Of a DNA stretch of 64,000 nt, positions 18,942 through 28,210 are shown piece after piece; positions within the stretch are counted from its first letter, which is position 1; each line of letters opens with the position of its first letter. The notes under the pieces were generated by a model. The model searched no databases. It was given only the letters and a program-made list of their open reading frames with translations, and was not told the DNA's origin. The translations under genes were made by a program, and so were the position numbers. Where the stretch lies: IMG/VR virus record IMGVR_UViG_3300005077_000489, positions 32,001 to 96,000 of that record; one strand, written 5' to 3'. This DNA comes from a virus (taxonomy: Duplodnaviria > Caudoviricetes).

Positions 18942-19991
18942 ATGAGAGGAAATGAATATTTCGCAGGATTATTTGATGGAGAGGGTACTGTCGGGGTTTA
19001 CGTTATTACGAATAGCAAAAAGTCTGAGAGTGGTAAAAAAAATTACTGGATGGCGAAGATGTCTATAGTAGGTACTTATAGACCCCAAATAGAAGCGGCG
19101 TACAACCATTTTAAAGTGGGTAGTTTAAGCACGCAAAAAAGGCAAGCATTACAGAAATTACCAAAGGGAAAAACAATAGACCCTAAATTATGTAGACAAG
19201 GCTGGAGATGGTCTGTTCAAGCAAAGAAAGATGTTGCAGAAGTAATAGAAAAAATACTACCTTATTTAATGGAGAAAAAAGAGCAAGCAGAAATAGTTTT
19301 AAAATTTTGTAAAGGTGAATTAGACGGAGAAATGGCAAGTAGATTATGTAAAGAGGCTAAGAGATTTGAATATAGTGCTGATTTAGGGGAGTCTCCTAGG
19401 AAATCTACAGGTTCTTGTTCTGAACACAATCCTTTAGCCAAATTAACTTATGAACAAGCACAAGAAATTAGACAGCGTGTTCATAATGGAGAAAAGCAGA
19501 TAAAGATAGCTAGAGAATTAGGTGTTAGTAAGACACAAATTAGTAGAATAGTAAATAATATTACATATGTTTATCCACCTATGTCTTACAATAAAGGTGA
19601 GAAGCCTATTCCAGATGTCTTACCGCCGCCGGAAAAGACAGCGGGTTCTGGAAGAGCAAAATTGACATATGAGCAGGCTCAGGAAATAAGATTAAGAGTT
19701 AAGCGGGGTGAAAGACAGTTTATGATTGCACATGAGTTAGGTATTACTAGAACGCAGGTTAGTAAAATAGTAAATAACCAAACTTATGTTAGTCCTAATT
19801 TTGAAATTATTGAACCTCCTGATAAGGGAGGCGTTAATATAGCGGCAAAATTAACTTATGAAGAAGCGGATATAGTTAGGCAAAGGGTAAAAAATGGAGA
19901 AAAAGTAAAAGACCTTGCAATGGAGTTAAATATGACTACCACGGCTATTTATAACTTAATAAACAGTAGAACATATATAAGGAAAGGATAA
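18942..19991 (+). CDS. LAGLIDADG endonuclease with three C-terminal HTH repeats
   Basis: YFAGLFDGEGTV; three AKLTYE(Q/E)A..(I/V)R.R...GE....(I/L)A.EL repeats. Confidence 0.8.
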   Translation: MRGNEYFAGLFDGEGTVGVYVITNSKKSESGKKNYWMAKMSIVGTYRPQIEAAYNHFKVGSLSTQKRQALQKLPKGKTIDPKLCRQGWRWSVQAKKDVAEVIEKILPYLMEKKEQAEIVLKFCKGELDGEMASRLCKEAKRFEYSADLGESPRKSTGSCSEHNPLAKLTYEQAQEIRQRVHNGEKQIKIARELGVSKTQISRIVNNITYVYPPMSYNKGEKPIPDVLPPPEKTAGSGRAKLTYEQAQEIRLRVKRGERQFMIAHELGITRTQVSKIVNNQTYVSPNFEIIEPPDKGGVNIAAKLTYEEADIVRQRVKNGEKVKDLAMELNMTTTAIYNLINSRTYIRKG

Positions 19992-19993
19992 TA

Positions 19994-20341
19994 ATGAGCA
20001 ATTACAAAATAAAAAAATTACTAACTATTCTGGGGGATGTGGCAAAATTTGATATTACTATAGGAGTTACTGAGCAGCTCCCTGTGGATTGCCTCTTTGT
20101 ATTGAAAGATAAAGAATTATATGACCGGGTAGAGGCACAAGTACAACATCTTGATGAATTACCTTATTTGTTTAAAGAGAATTTAACTACAGAAGAACTT
20201 ATTGCTAGTTTGTTGGGTACAATAGGGAAAAGTCTTAATTTGATTATTAATTTAAGCTATAATATGTTATTGGACCGCGATTGTTTAATATTGTTTCAGA
20301 GTGCTACATTAGTAGACTTAATTTATAATGATAAGATTTAG
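19994..20341 (+). CDS. Hypothetical protein
   Basis: AAGGA RBS, 115 aa. Confidence 0.55.
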   Translation: MSNYKIKKLLTILGDVAKFDITIGVTEQLPVDCLFVLKDKELYDRVEAQVQHLDELPYLFKENLTTEELIASLLGTIGKSLNLIINLSYNMLLDRDCLILFQSATLVDLIYNDKI

Positions 20342-20355
20342 GGAGGGGTAGTAAC

Positions 20356-20565
20356 GTGGAGTCAGATATCATTGCTGGGGTATTTGGTAGATTATTTAAT
20401 TTATTTGCAGAGGAACCTGAAGAAAACAGAGTTATTTCTTATGAAGTTTGGAAGATGACTAAAGATTATAACTTTGATTATTTTTTAATGGGTTGTGATG
20501 ATGCACTGATAAAGTTGGGGATAGGAGAGCGGGATATAGACGGTCTCATGAACTATAAAGAATAA
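20356..20565 (+). CDS. Hypothetical protein
   Basis: GGAGG RBS, 69 aa. Confidence 0.55.
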   Translation: MESDIIAGVFGRLFNLFAEEPEENRVISYEVWKMTKDYNFDYFLMGCDDALIKLGIGERDIDGLMNYKE

Positions 20566-20612
20566 TTTATGGGTATATCTGATATTTGATATCAAAAAGG
20601 AAGTTTTAGAAA

Positions 20613-21212
20613 ATGCCAGTTATTTTTGACGGTCCAAATAGATTAATTATTGTGGCATCAGGCACCCTTAGTATAGAGATGAGCGACGTATATTCTCGGT
20701 GGAAAGATTGGGTTCAGACTTCGGATAACTCAAAATATTTGAAGGCTTTTTCTGTCGTCGGCGGGGAACCTACTGTTCAAGGTCAAACTATTACCCCTTA
20801 TTTTTTCTTGGAAAATGATTGGAAGGTCGATGCCTATTCGCAAGACCCTTATCAATTCCACCCACTTGATGTGGAGGGTATTGTTTTATCTAGTGACGGC
20901 GGTAGCCCTTGGTATCAATCATCTTCCTGGCCCCTTACAATAGTTAGAAATATTGTTCCTATTAAAACGGAGACAGTTATTTCATCGGATGCCCAACTTG
21001 TTATTGATGATATATTCTCTTATAGCGTGGAGTCTGGCTTTTCCTTTGAATCCGCTATACGGGTTTTGCTGTCTGTTATGGTAGGAAAATCTGTTGTTAT
21101 AGATGGGGAACCTGTGGTTATGAAATTTAGAGATATAAATGATACTAAGGATAGAGTTGTAGCAGAGGTAGAAGTGAGTGATAGAATAAATGTAACCTTG
21201 GATGGTTCTTAG
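20613..21212 (+). CDS. Putative virion structural protein
   Basis: MPVIFDGPNRLII...VYSRWKDWV; related to 17449..18810; structural context. Confidence 0.55.
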   Translation: MPVIFDGPNRLIIVASGTLSIEMSDVYSRWKDWVQTSDNSKYLKAFSVVGGEPTVQGQTITPYFFLENDWKVDAYSQDPYQFHPLDVEGIVLSSDGGSPWYQSSSWPLTIVRNIVPIKTETVISSDAQLVIDDIFSYSVESGFSFESAIRVLLSVMVGKSVVIDGEPVVMKFRDINDTKDRVVAEVEVSDRINVTLDGS

Positions 21213-21214
21213 TT

Positions 21215-21493
21215 ATGCTATGTTCTTCTAGGTATATTAATATATTTTCTAGTGTTACAGTGTCTAGTGGCGGCGGACTACCGCAAGGCTTGACTCTTGA
21301 TGACATTCCAGACGGGTCTTACTATGGGCGTGTAGCTCGCTCTGAATTAACTCCAAGTGGTACTATCATAGATTTAGACATAAATGGTATGATTGTTACA
21401 TTGACTTTTCCTGACACGCTCATTAAGAGTAGTTATATGCCGGTGCTTACTAAAACTACTGTAACTGGGGTTATGATAAGTGAGGATTCTTAA
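21215..21493 (+). CDS. Hypothetical protein
   Basis: 92-aa ORF abutting the previous gene. Confidence 0.45.
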   Translation: MLCSSRYINIFSSVTVSSGGGLPQGLTLDDIPDGSYYGRVARSELTPSGTIIDLDINGMIVTLTFPDTLIKSSYMPVLTKTTVTGVMISEDS

Positions 21494-21594
21494 GGCTCTG
21501 TAATTACCCTTATTAAAGTTATATTATAGTCCTTATATAAAAAAAACTAATAATTGTTAGAATTCAGTTATTAGTTTGTTATAGGAGGATTAAT

Positions 21595-21687
21595 ATGCAG
21601 CAATTTTTATTAGGTATTGAATGTGGTTTAGCAATAGGAAGAATAATTTTAATAATAATAGAAGAATTGAAGAAGGAGACAAAATAA
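21595..21687 (+). CDS. Small hydrophobic peptide (30 aa), not in track
   Basis: AGGAGG RBS; MQQFLLGIECGLAIGRIILIIIEELKKETK*. Confidence 0.45.
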   Translation: MQQFLLGIECGLAIGRIILIIIEELKKETK

Positions 21688-21691
21688 TATT

Positions 21692-22471
21692 TTGGGATCG
21701 TTAGAAAAGGAACCATTTAGCATAATAATAGATATGATGGAGGAAGGTGTGTCTACTGTATTTTTCAGCGATTTGCACGTAGGAGATGGCAAGAGTAAAC
21801 ATAAAGAATTACTTGCCTACCTCGTAGAGCATCAAAAAGACATAGATAAAATAGTAATTGTCGGTGATTTCGTTGATACATGGGTAGCCGACCTCAATAC
21901 TATTTTATCTGAAGCACAACCTTTCCTAGAATTCTTGGCAACTAATTATAAAAACAAGGTACATTGGATTCTTGGTAATCATGACGCTGATTTCTTATCT
22001 CTTAAAAATGTCTTTCCTTTCATACATAAATCTCTTAGATTCCCCATTGGTGATAAAATTGCTGTTGCATTACATGGTAATGTGCTAGATGACAACCCTT
22101 ATTTAAAAACTCGTTTGTCTCGTTATGTTGTGTGGTTTATAAATAAATTTGATAAAGGGGCGTATGTGGATACCAGGAGGTCATTAGTAAGTTTATCTGA
22201 AAGGATACAGAATGACCCTTATGATAAAATCCTAGAAGAATACGAACATAAAATTGTTGCTGTGTTTGACGGCAAGTATGATTTCGTAATTACAGGACAC
22301 AGCCACCAACCCGCCATAAAGAAGATTAATAATTTAGTTTACTTAAATTGTGGTGATCAAATACAACACAGTACTGTTCTAATAGGTAAGCCAGAAGGGT
22401 TCTTTTTGTATGATTACATAAATCAAAAAATCCTGGCTAAATACATTTTTGATGAAAACGATAAAACCTAA
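21692..22471 (+). CDS. Calcineurin-like metallophosphoesterase (LpxH-like)
   Basis: All five motifs: FSDLHVG, GDFVD, GNHD, LHG, GHSH. Confidence 0.85.
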   Translation: MGSLEKEPFSIIIDMMEEGVSTVFFSDLHVGDGKSKHKELLAYLVEHQKDIDKIVIVGDFVDTWVADLNTILSEAQPFLEFLATNYKNKVHWILGNHDADFLSLKNVFPFIHKSLRFPIGDKIAVALHGNVLDDNPYLKTRLSRYVVWFINKFDKGAYVDTRRSLVSLSERIQNDPYDKILEEYEHKIVAVFDGKYDFVITGHSHQPAIKKINNLVYLNCGDQIQHSTVLIGKPEGFFLYDYINQKILAKYIFDENDKT

Positions 22472-23036
22472 ATATTACAGCCGCGGGGATATGGTTTATA
22501 ATTATGCCCCCGCCTATGTGGGCTTCAGCCTGCGAGATAATAATATATTCTCAAAGGGTGTCTGTCTGCTTACTGCTGACGAAGCAGATGTTATAAAAGT
22601 CTCACATACTTTTATTGTTGTTGATAAGAATAGAATTATAGAAGCCTCTACCCATGGAGTTGTTTATACCGATATAAATAGATATTTTGATGACCCACAT
22701 GTTCTCGTATTTTTTAAGAAGCCTAAAAATTTGAATGTTTATATGGTTTCTCGGATAATTAGCCGTGCGGAAAGTCATTTGGGAAAGCAATACGATTATA
22801 GTTTAATACTGTTTTATTTAACTTATTTTGAGCGCCTGGGTTTCCTACGAAAATATCCTTCCATTTTTAATAATCCTTCCTCTTTCCTGTGTTCGGAGCT
22901 GGTGGCGGACGCACTCAGTCAAGTAAAAGAATTTTCTAACCTATTCCCATTATCAGACTATCATGTTTCTAAGATAAGTCCTATGGATTTGTTTAAGAGT
23001 CCAATTTTTAAAGAGTGGAAGTTTATTGATGATTAA
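22449..23036 (+). CDS. Permuted papain-like amidase (YiiX/YaeF, peptidase C92-like)
   Basis: SHTFIV..IIEAS..GV, HLGKQYDY, FLCSELVADA (His before Cys). Confidence 0.8.
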   Translation: MMKTIKPKYYSRGDMVYNYAPAYVGFSLRDNNIFSKGVCLLTADEADVIKVSHTFIVVDKNRIIEASTHGVVYTDINRYFDDPHVLVFFKKPKNLNVYMVSRIISRAESHLGKQYDYSLILFYLTYFERLGFLRKYPSIFNNPSSFLCSELVADALSQVKEFSNLFPLSDYHVSKISPMDLFKSPIFKEWKFIDD

Positions 23037-23349
23037 TCATTTACCACAGGATATAGGGAATAACGTAATACAAGGTATAAATAATTTCGCTGATATCAGT
23101 AACTACGAATTAACGGTATCAGGTGAGTGGATACCTATTACGTTGAATACCGAAGGTTCACTACAAATACTACTCCAGCCGAGAGACCGTATAGATTGGT
23201 ATATTAGTACTATATCGGGTGGGGCGGAATATTTTAGCCCCAGGGACGGTGCTGCTCTGCAAGCACCTATAGTTACTACATCCGGTACCATCATATGTTG
23301 GGTTAGTGCTGATCAACCAACTGTTTTTGAGTTGCTTAGTGGGAGTTAA
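23026..23349 (+). CDS. Hypothetical putative virion protein
   Basis: 107 aa, overlaps the previous gene, SG-rich. Confidence 0.5.
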   Translation: MMINHLPQDIGNNVIQGINNFADISNYELTVSGEWIPITLNTEGSLQILLQPRDRIDWYISTISGGAEYFSPRDGAALQAPIVTTSGTIICWVSADQPTVFELLSGS

Positions 23350-23352
23350 TAG

Positions 23353-26300
23353 ATGGACGGGATTAAGTTAATATATCCGAGCATTTCCGATTACTATACT
23401 CGTAACCAAATAGACACATTATTTTCTACTATATCAGGTGGCACAGGAGAGGTGACCTATGTAATGCTGGTCACCACTTCTGGAGATATTGTTTCACAGA
23501 TTCCGTCCCTGTCTGGTTATGCTACCCAGAGTTGGGTTTCCACAAACTATATCGATAGCACCGAATTAACTACCACTTCTGGAGATATAATAAATTATAT
23601 AGACCAAGAAATTTCTACTATCTCGGGCGGCGGCGATGTAACTTATGAGATGTTACTCACCACCAGCGGGGATATTATAGATTATATAGACGAGCAAATA
23701 ACCGCTGTCTCTGGAAGCAGCGGTATCTCTGAAGAACAACTAGTAACTACTTCCGGTGATATTGTTGCACAGATTCCTTCTTTAACGGGATATGCAACGC
23801 AAACCTGGGTATCTGATAATTATATAGACAGTATAGAATTAACTACTTCCTCTGGGGATATAGTTGCACAGATACCCTCTTTAGTTAATTATATAACACA
23901 AGAGCAGTTAACTACTACGAGTGGAGATATAGTATTACAAATTCCTACCGATTATATTACAAATGAGCAATTAACTACTACCTCTGGGGATATAATCATA
24001 TATGTAGACCAACAAATTTCTACGATAAGTGGAGGTAGTGGGGATGTAACATTAGAAATGTTAACCACAACTAGTGGTGATATTGTGGACCAAATTCCTT
24101 CCATTACAGGTTATGCTACACAGAGTTGGGTTTCTGAAAACTATATAGACAATAATGAAATGACCACAATTAGTGGAGATGTTATCGCTTATATAGACCA
24201 GGAAATTTCCACGGTGAGCGGTGGTAGCGGTATTACGCAAGAGCAATTAACTACTACTTCGGGGGACATAGTAGATCAGATTCCTAGTTTGTCGGGCTAT
24301 GCTACACAGAATTGGGTAACTACTGTAAGTGGTGACATTATTTCTCAGGTACCAACTACTGCTTCAGAAATAAGTGCAAGACTGTCCGGTTACTATGTTT
24401 ATTCTCCAGACGGGTCTGCTAATTTACAGGTGGACAGCATTACGCCTGTAATGACCAGCAATACGGCCCCGTCCCCTTTTGTAGTTAGTGTAGATAGTTA
24501 CTATGATGCTAATTACGTGGCTTTTAAAGCGTTCAATCAGGATGGTGGCTCCACATTTTGGAATTCTCAGCACGTACTTCCCCATTGGATAAAAGTTGAC
24601 TTGGGGTCAGCAAGGAAAATAACGAAGTATAGATGGCGTGCTGTTAACCGCTCATTTCATGAGAGTAGATCACCGTCAACATGGACTATTGAGGGTAGTA
24701 ATGATAACCTTGCTTGGGATGGGCTCGATTCTCGATCTGGTGTAGGAACTCCTGGTATGAATCAATGGACTTCCTATTATACCTTTACCAACAATTCCTT
24801 TTATAGGTACTATAGGATGTACATAACAGCCAACACTCTGATGGTTGATGGCTACATCGAATTAGGTGAATTACATTTTGTGGAAGCTCACCTTGTTCTT
24901 ATTTCTACTTTTAACTATCTGGAGGTAGATACAGATACTAGTGTTTCGGGAGCCCTGATTACTTTAGATACTAATGTGTATGAACACATCATTACTACCA
25001 GCGGTGTCTTAGCAGGGCAAATTCCGTCCCTCGAAACCTATGTTACAGAAGAAAAATTAACAACTGTTAGTGGAGATATTGTTTCACAGATTCCGTCTCT
25101 AACTGGTTATGCGACCGAGAGTTATGTCTCCGAAAACTATATAGACACTAGTGAGATGACCACAATTAGTGGAGATCTACAGTTGCAGATACCCTCTTTA
25201 TCTGGTTATGCGACTGAGATCTATGTCTCCGAAAACTATATAGACACTAGTGAGATGACCACAATTAGTGGAGATCTTATCTCTTATATCGATACAGAGA
25301 TTTCCACAATATCTGGTGGGGGAGATGTAACTACAGATATGCTTACCACTACATCAGGTGACATAGTCTCCTATATAGATGCTCAGTTGTTAACAGTTAG
25401 CGGTGGTGGGTTGGCGTGTGCTGCCTGTACTTCTAGCGGATTAGTAGTTGATAATGCAATAATTGCACCTTCAGGCATATTTACTGAGGGAATACAAGTA
25501 GGGAGTGGTACAGTTAGAATTACGGGAGATGGGATCACTTTTCCAGATAATAGCATAATTACTGTGGCTCCTCCTCAGTTTGACCTATTTGATACTGGAT
25601 TGACTTTGAATCTTTTTTCTGACGCTTCTGGTAGTGAGATAGAAAATTTAGGTTACTTCGGTTCTGATGCAAATTTCGAAAAGGTAGGAACTTGGACTAA
25701 TGGGACTCAGGGGGATGCACCAGTGTGGGTTAATAGTGGTGGGTCTTCTTCCGTAGTTCGTCTTATGGCACACCACACCAACACAAATCCCGGAGCATCT
25801 TTTTCTTCAGCTAATCTATCTGATGGGTCGGCTTCTTTCGCCATAACGGACACTAATTTAAATTTGCAGTCTTTGTTTGGTATGGATACGCAGCCCTCTT
25901 CTTTGGGAAAGCGTTTTAAGATAGATGCGGGTTCTAATGCTTCTAGTAGGAACTGGATCACGGGATACATTGGCAATGTTGCTAAGGCTGGAGACACATA
26001 TACACTAGATATATATAATGGTCCCTATTCTGCTACAAGGAGTTGGCATAAGTATTCACTAGGGTCGTGGAATGGTTCAGACATTTTATGGTGGATCTAC
26101 CCAGCATTCTTTGATTATGACCATGATAATTTAAGAGGTTACGCTACTTCTTGTTGGTTTTATGAGTATGATGCCACTGCAGACTGGTCCAATTTAATTA
26201 CTAAGATGTATGCAGTGTTAACTGGTGTCGAGGACGTTGGTATAGGATTCTGTTTTCAACATACCAATGTCGATTATACGATTCAGTGGAATTCCTCTTA

Positions 26301-26625
26301 TGTAACTAATGGTCTAGATGTAATAGCTATTTCCAATGCTATTAAAACTGGTAGGTGGTTCCATTTTGCACTTATTCAGAATAGATGGCAAGCATCTAGA
26401 ACTTTGATGATAAATGGTGAAGTAATCGGAGTAGGTACAGCAAGGACATCATCGTGCTGTATGGGATTGTTTGCATTTGCAGGTCAGGGTAATGGAGGAG
26501 GTGGACTTCCCTCTGGCTCCAAAATCGCCTTTCCTAGATACTGGAAAGGAGACACTAGCCCAGCACAGATCCGAGGCGTCTATGAGTATGAACGAAATTT
26601 GATGGGGCTCAGACCTAATCACTAA
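23353..26625 (+). CDS. Fibre/adhesin: TTSG-repeat stalk, F5/8C (discoidin) domain, C-terminal LamG/ConA-like domain
   Basis: Many TTSGDI/TISG repeats; discoidin W..Q...PHWIKVDLG...SPSTWTIEGSND...W...YRYYRMYI at about 24430-24890; WFHFALI...LMING near the C-terminus. Confidence 0.75.
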   Translation: MDGIKLIYPSISDYYTRNQIDTLFSTISGGTGEVTYVMLVTTSGDIVSQIPSLSGYATQSWVSTNYIDSTELTTTSGDIINYIDQEISTISGGGDVTYEMLLTTSGDIIDYIDEQITAVSGSSGISEEQLVTTSGDIVAQIPSLTGYATQTWVSDNYIDSIELTTSSGDIVAQIPSLVNYITQEQLTTTSGDIVLQIPTDYITNEQLTTTSGDIIIYVDQQISTISGGSGDVTLEMLTTTSGDIVDQIPSITGYATQSWVSENYIDNNEMTTISGDVIAYIDQEISTVSGGSGITQEQLTTTSGDIVDQIPSLSGYATQNWVTTVSGDIISQVPTTASEISARLSGYYVYSPDGSANLQVDSITPVMTSNTAPSPFVVSVDSYYDANYVAFKAFNQDGGSTFWNSQHVLPHWIKVDLGSARKITKYRWRAVNRSFHESRSPSTWTIEGSNDNLAWDGLDSRSGVGTPGMNQWTSYYTFTNNSFYRYYRMYITANTLMVDGYIELGELHFVEAHLVLISTFNYLEVDTDTSVSGALITLDTNVYEHIITTSGVLAGQIPSLETYVTEEKLTTVSGDIVSQIPSLTGYATESYVSENYIDTSEMTTISGDLQLQIPSLSGYATEIYVSENYIDTSEMTTISGDLISYIDTEISTISGGGDVTTDMLTTTSGDIVSYIDAQLLTVSGGGLACAACTSSGLVVDNAIIAPSGIFTEGIQVGSGTVRITGDGITFPDNSIITVAPPQFDLFDTGLTLNLFSDASGSEIENLGYFGSDANFEKVGTWTNGTQGDAPVWVNSGGSSSVVRLMAHHTNTNPGASFSSANLSDGSASFAITDTNLNLQSLFGMDTQPSSLGKRFKIDAGSNASSRNWITGYIGNVAKAGDTYTLDIYNGPYSATRSWHKYSLGSWNGSDILWWIYPAFFDYDHDNLRGYATSCWFYEYDATADWSNLITKMYAVLTGVEDVGIGFCFQHTNVDYTIQWNSSYVTNGLDVIAISNAIKTGRWFHFALIQNRWQASRTLMINGEVIGVGTARTSSCCMGLFAFAGQGNGGGGLPSGSKIAFPRYWKGDTSPAQIRGVYEYERNLMGLRPNH
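25123..25277 (+). repeat. Exact 56-bp direct repeat (25123..25178 and 25222..25277, period 99 bp)
   Basis: TATGTCTCCGAAAACTATATAGACACTAGTGAGATGACCACAATTAGTGGAGATCT occurs twice. Confidence 0.9.
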
Positions 26626-26774
26626 GGACAAGTTACTCCAACCCCGTCAGGAGGGTGGACAATTCGATTGGTTCATACAGAGTTAGTTTTTATAGTAAGA
26701 TACAAAAATAAAAATTACAATATTATGTTTTAGATAGAAAATTATAGACCGAAAGCGGGATTAATTGATGTTAT

Positions 26775-26808
26775 TTAACTAACCTAATTAACTAACCTAA
26801 TTAACTAA
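26775..26808 (+). repeat. 13-bp tandem repeat TTAACTAACCTAA x2.6 upstream of the scaffold/capsid genes
   Basis: Units start at 26775, 26788 and 26801 (partial). Confidence 0.85.
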
Positions 26809-26921
26809 GGTAGAATATAGTTATATATTTTAAGGTGGAATCGGATAGGACGGATAATATGGGGGCGAATCGTAATGGTTCTAATTTTAAATGTTAGGCA
26901 CTCTATAATGGAGGGTTAAGT

Positions 26922-27662
26922 ATGAAAAGCAAAGTAGATCGCCAACAGATCAAACTCAGTGCTAAAAGTAAGGTAGCTGAAGTTTTATCTCAGGAAGACC
27001 TAGCGGCTCAGAAGGCTAAGATTGAAGAGCTCTTTGTCGAGATGGAAACTGATATGGCTGAACTTAAAGTAGCTAAGGAGGCGGCTACCGAGGGCAATGA
27101 TAAGTTGTCCCAAGTAGTTGAAGATCTAAAATCTGAAAAGAAAGAACTTGAGGCGACTGTTAAAACTCTCAATGATGAAAAAGATACTCTGCAGAAACAA
27201 TTAGATGAGTCAGCGAAGAAATTGGCTGATATAGAGTCTAAAGTTACTGACATGGAAAAGGAAGCCGCGTCTCAAAAGCGAATTAAAGAGCTTGAAGAGG
27301 CCGGTGTATTTTCTGGTGAAAAGCAAATCAGTAGAGTAAAGAATATGGATGATGAAGAGTTTGCTTCTTATAAGGAAGAGCTTTTAGAACTCCGTAGATC
27401 TTGGGAAGCTAAAACAGCACCTAAAGATAAACCATCTGAGGATAATAAAACAGAAGGTGGTGATGAGGGCAAGAAGGCGAAAGCTAGTGTTGACAACCCT
27501 GAAGATGATGACGATGAAGTAAAGTTGACAAAGAAGACCTTAGCAGAGATTATGGAACTCAGAAAGACTATGGCTTCTATGAATTTGCCTACTAATGATG
27601 CTCCTGACGCGGAGCAGGTTAAAGAGTATGCAAACATTTGGGAAGAGGAGGAAGGTAAGTAA
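26922..27662 (+). CDS. Probable capsid scaffolding protein
   Basis: Long coiled coil, acidic, ends EYANIWEEEEGK; two genes upstream of the major capsid gene. Confidence 0.65.
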   Translation: MKSKVDRQQIKLSAKSKVAEVLSQEDLAAQKAKIEELFVEMETDMAELKVAKEAATEGNDKLSQVVEDLKSEKKELEATVKTLNDEKDTLQKQLDESAKKLADIESKVTDMEKEAASQKRIKELEEAGVFSGEKQISRVKNMDDEEFASYKEELLELRRSWEAKTAPKDKPSEDNKTEGGDEGKKAKASVDNPEDDDDEVKLTKKTLAEIMELRKTMASMNLPTNDAPDAEQVKEYANIWEEEEGK

Positions 27663-28186
27663 TGTTTATTATACGTATGCCTGGAATAGAAAATTCCTTT
27701 TGTAAACATGATGCTACACAAAGCACCGCACCTGTTGCCGCTTCTCCAATCGTATGTCCTCAGGGTGCAGTAGTTACTGTTGCTGGTTGCGACGGTGAAA
27801 CCACTGTTGTAAAGCAAATGACTTCTTGTACTCAGGTTCCTTTTGGTTTCTTAATGCAAGAAATCAGGACGGAATATAATCATGAGTATATTCCTCATGG
27901 TGGGATGAAAGCAAGCGATTGGGGCAGGCAGATGACTTTTATTGGTGCTCCAGTTGGTGTTGCACATCATGGTATTGCTAGTACTAATGTCTATGATACT
28001 GATGTGCAGGTTAACGCTGGTGACTTTTTGTATGCATCAGCTAGTGGAACTCTAGTTGTTTCTGGTGGTTGGGGTTACTGTGACAGTGGTTGGAATAATC
28101 TTAATCCTATCGCTGTAGCAATGAATACTCTTACTACTACTAGACTATCGCAAGGTAGATATTTGCACATTAAGTTGCTTATCTAA
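27662..28186 (+). CDS. Probable head decoration/cement protein
   Basis: 174-aa beta-rich protein between scaffold and capsid; PFGFLMQ, AGDFLYASASGTL. Confidence 0.6.
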   Translation: MFIIRMPGIENSFCKHDATQSTAPVAASPIVCPQGAVVTVAGCDGETTVVKQMTSCTQVPFGFLMQEIRTEYNHEYIPHGGMKASDWGRQMTFIGAPVGVAHHGIASTNVYDTDVQVNAGDFLYASASGTLVVSGGWGYCDSGWNNLNPIAVAMNTLTTTRLSQGRYLHIKLLI

Positions 28187-28210
28187 TCGGGTTATGGAGG
28201 TAATGTAATT

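Noticed and set aside
26775-26808. CRISPR array or DGR repeat
   Set aside because: Only 13-bp head-to-tail units with no spacers; no cas or reverse transcriptase gene in the window, and no adenine-specific TR/VR pair noticed
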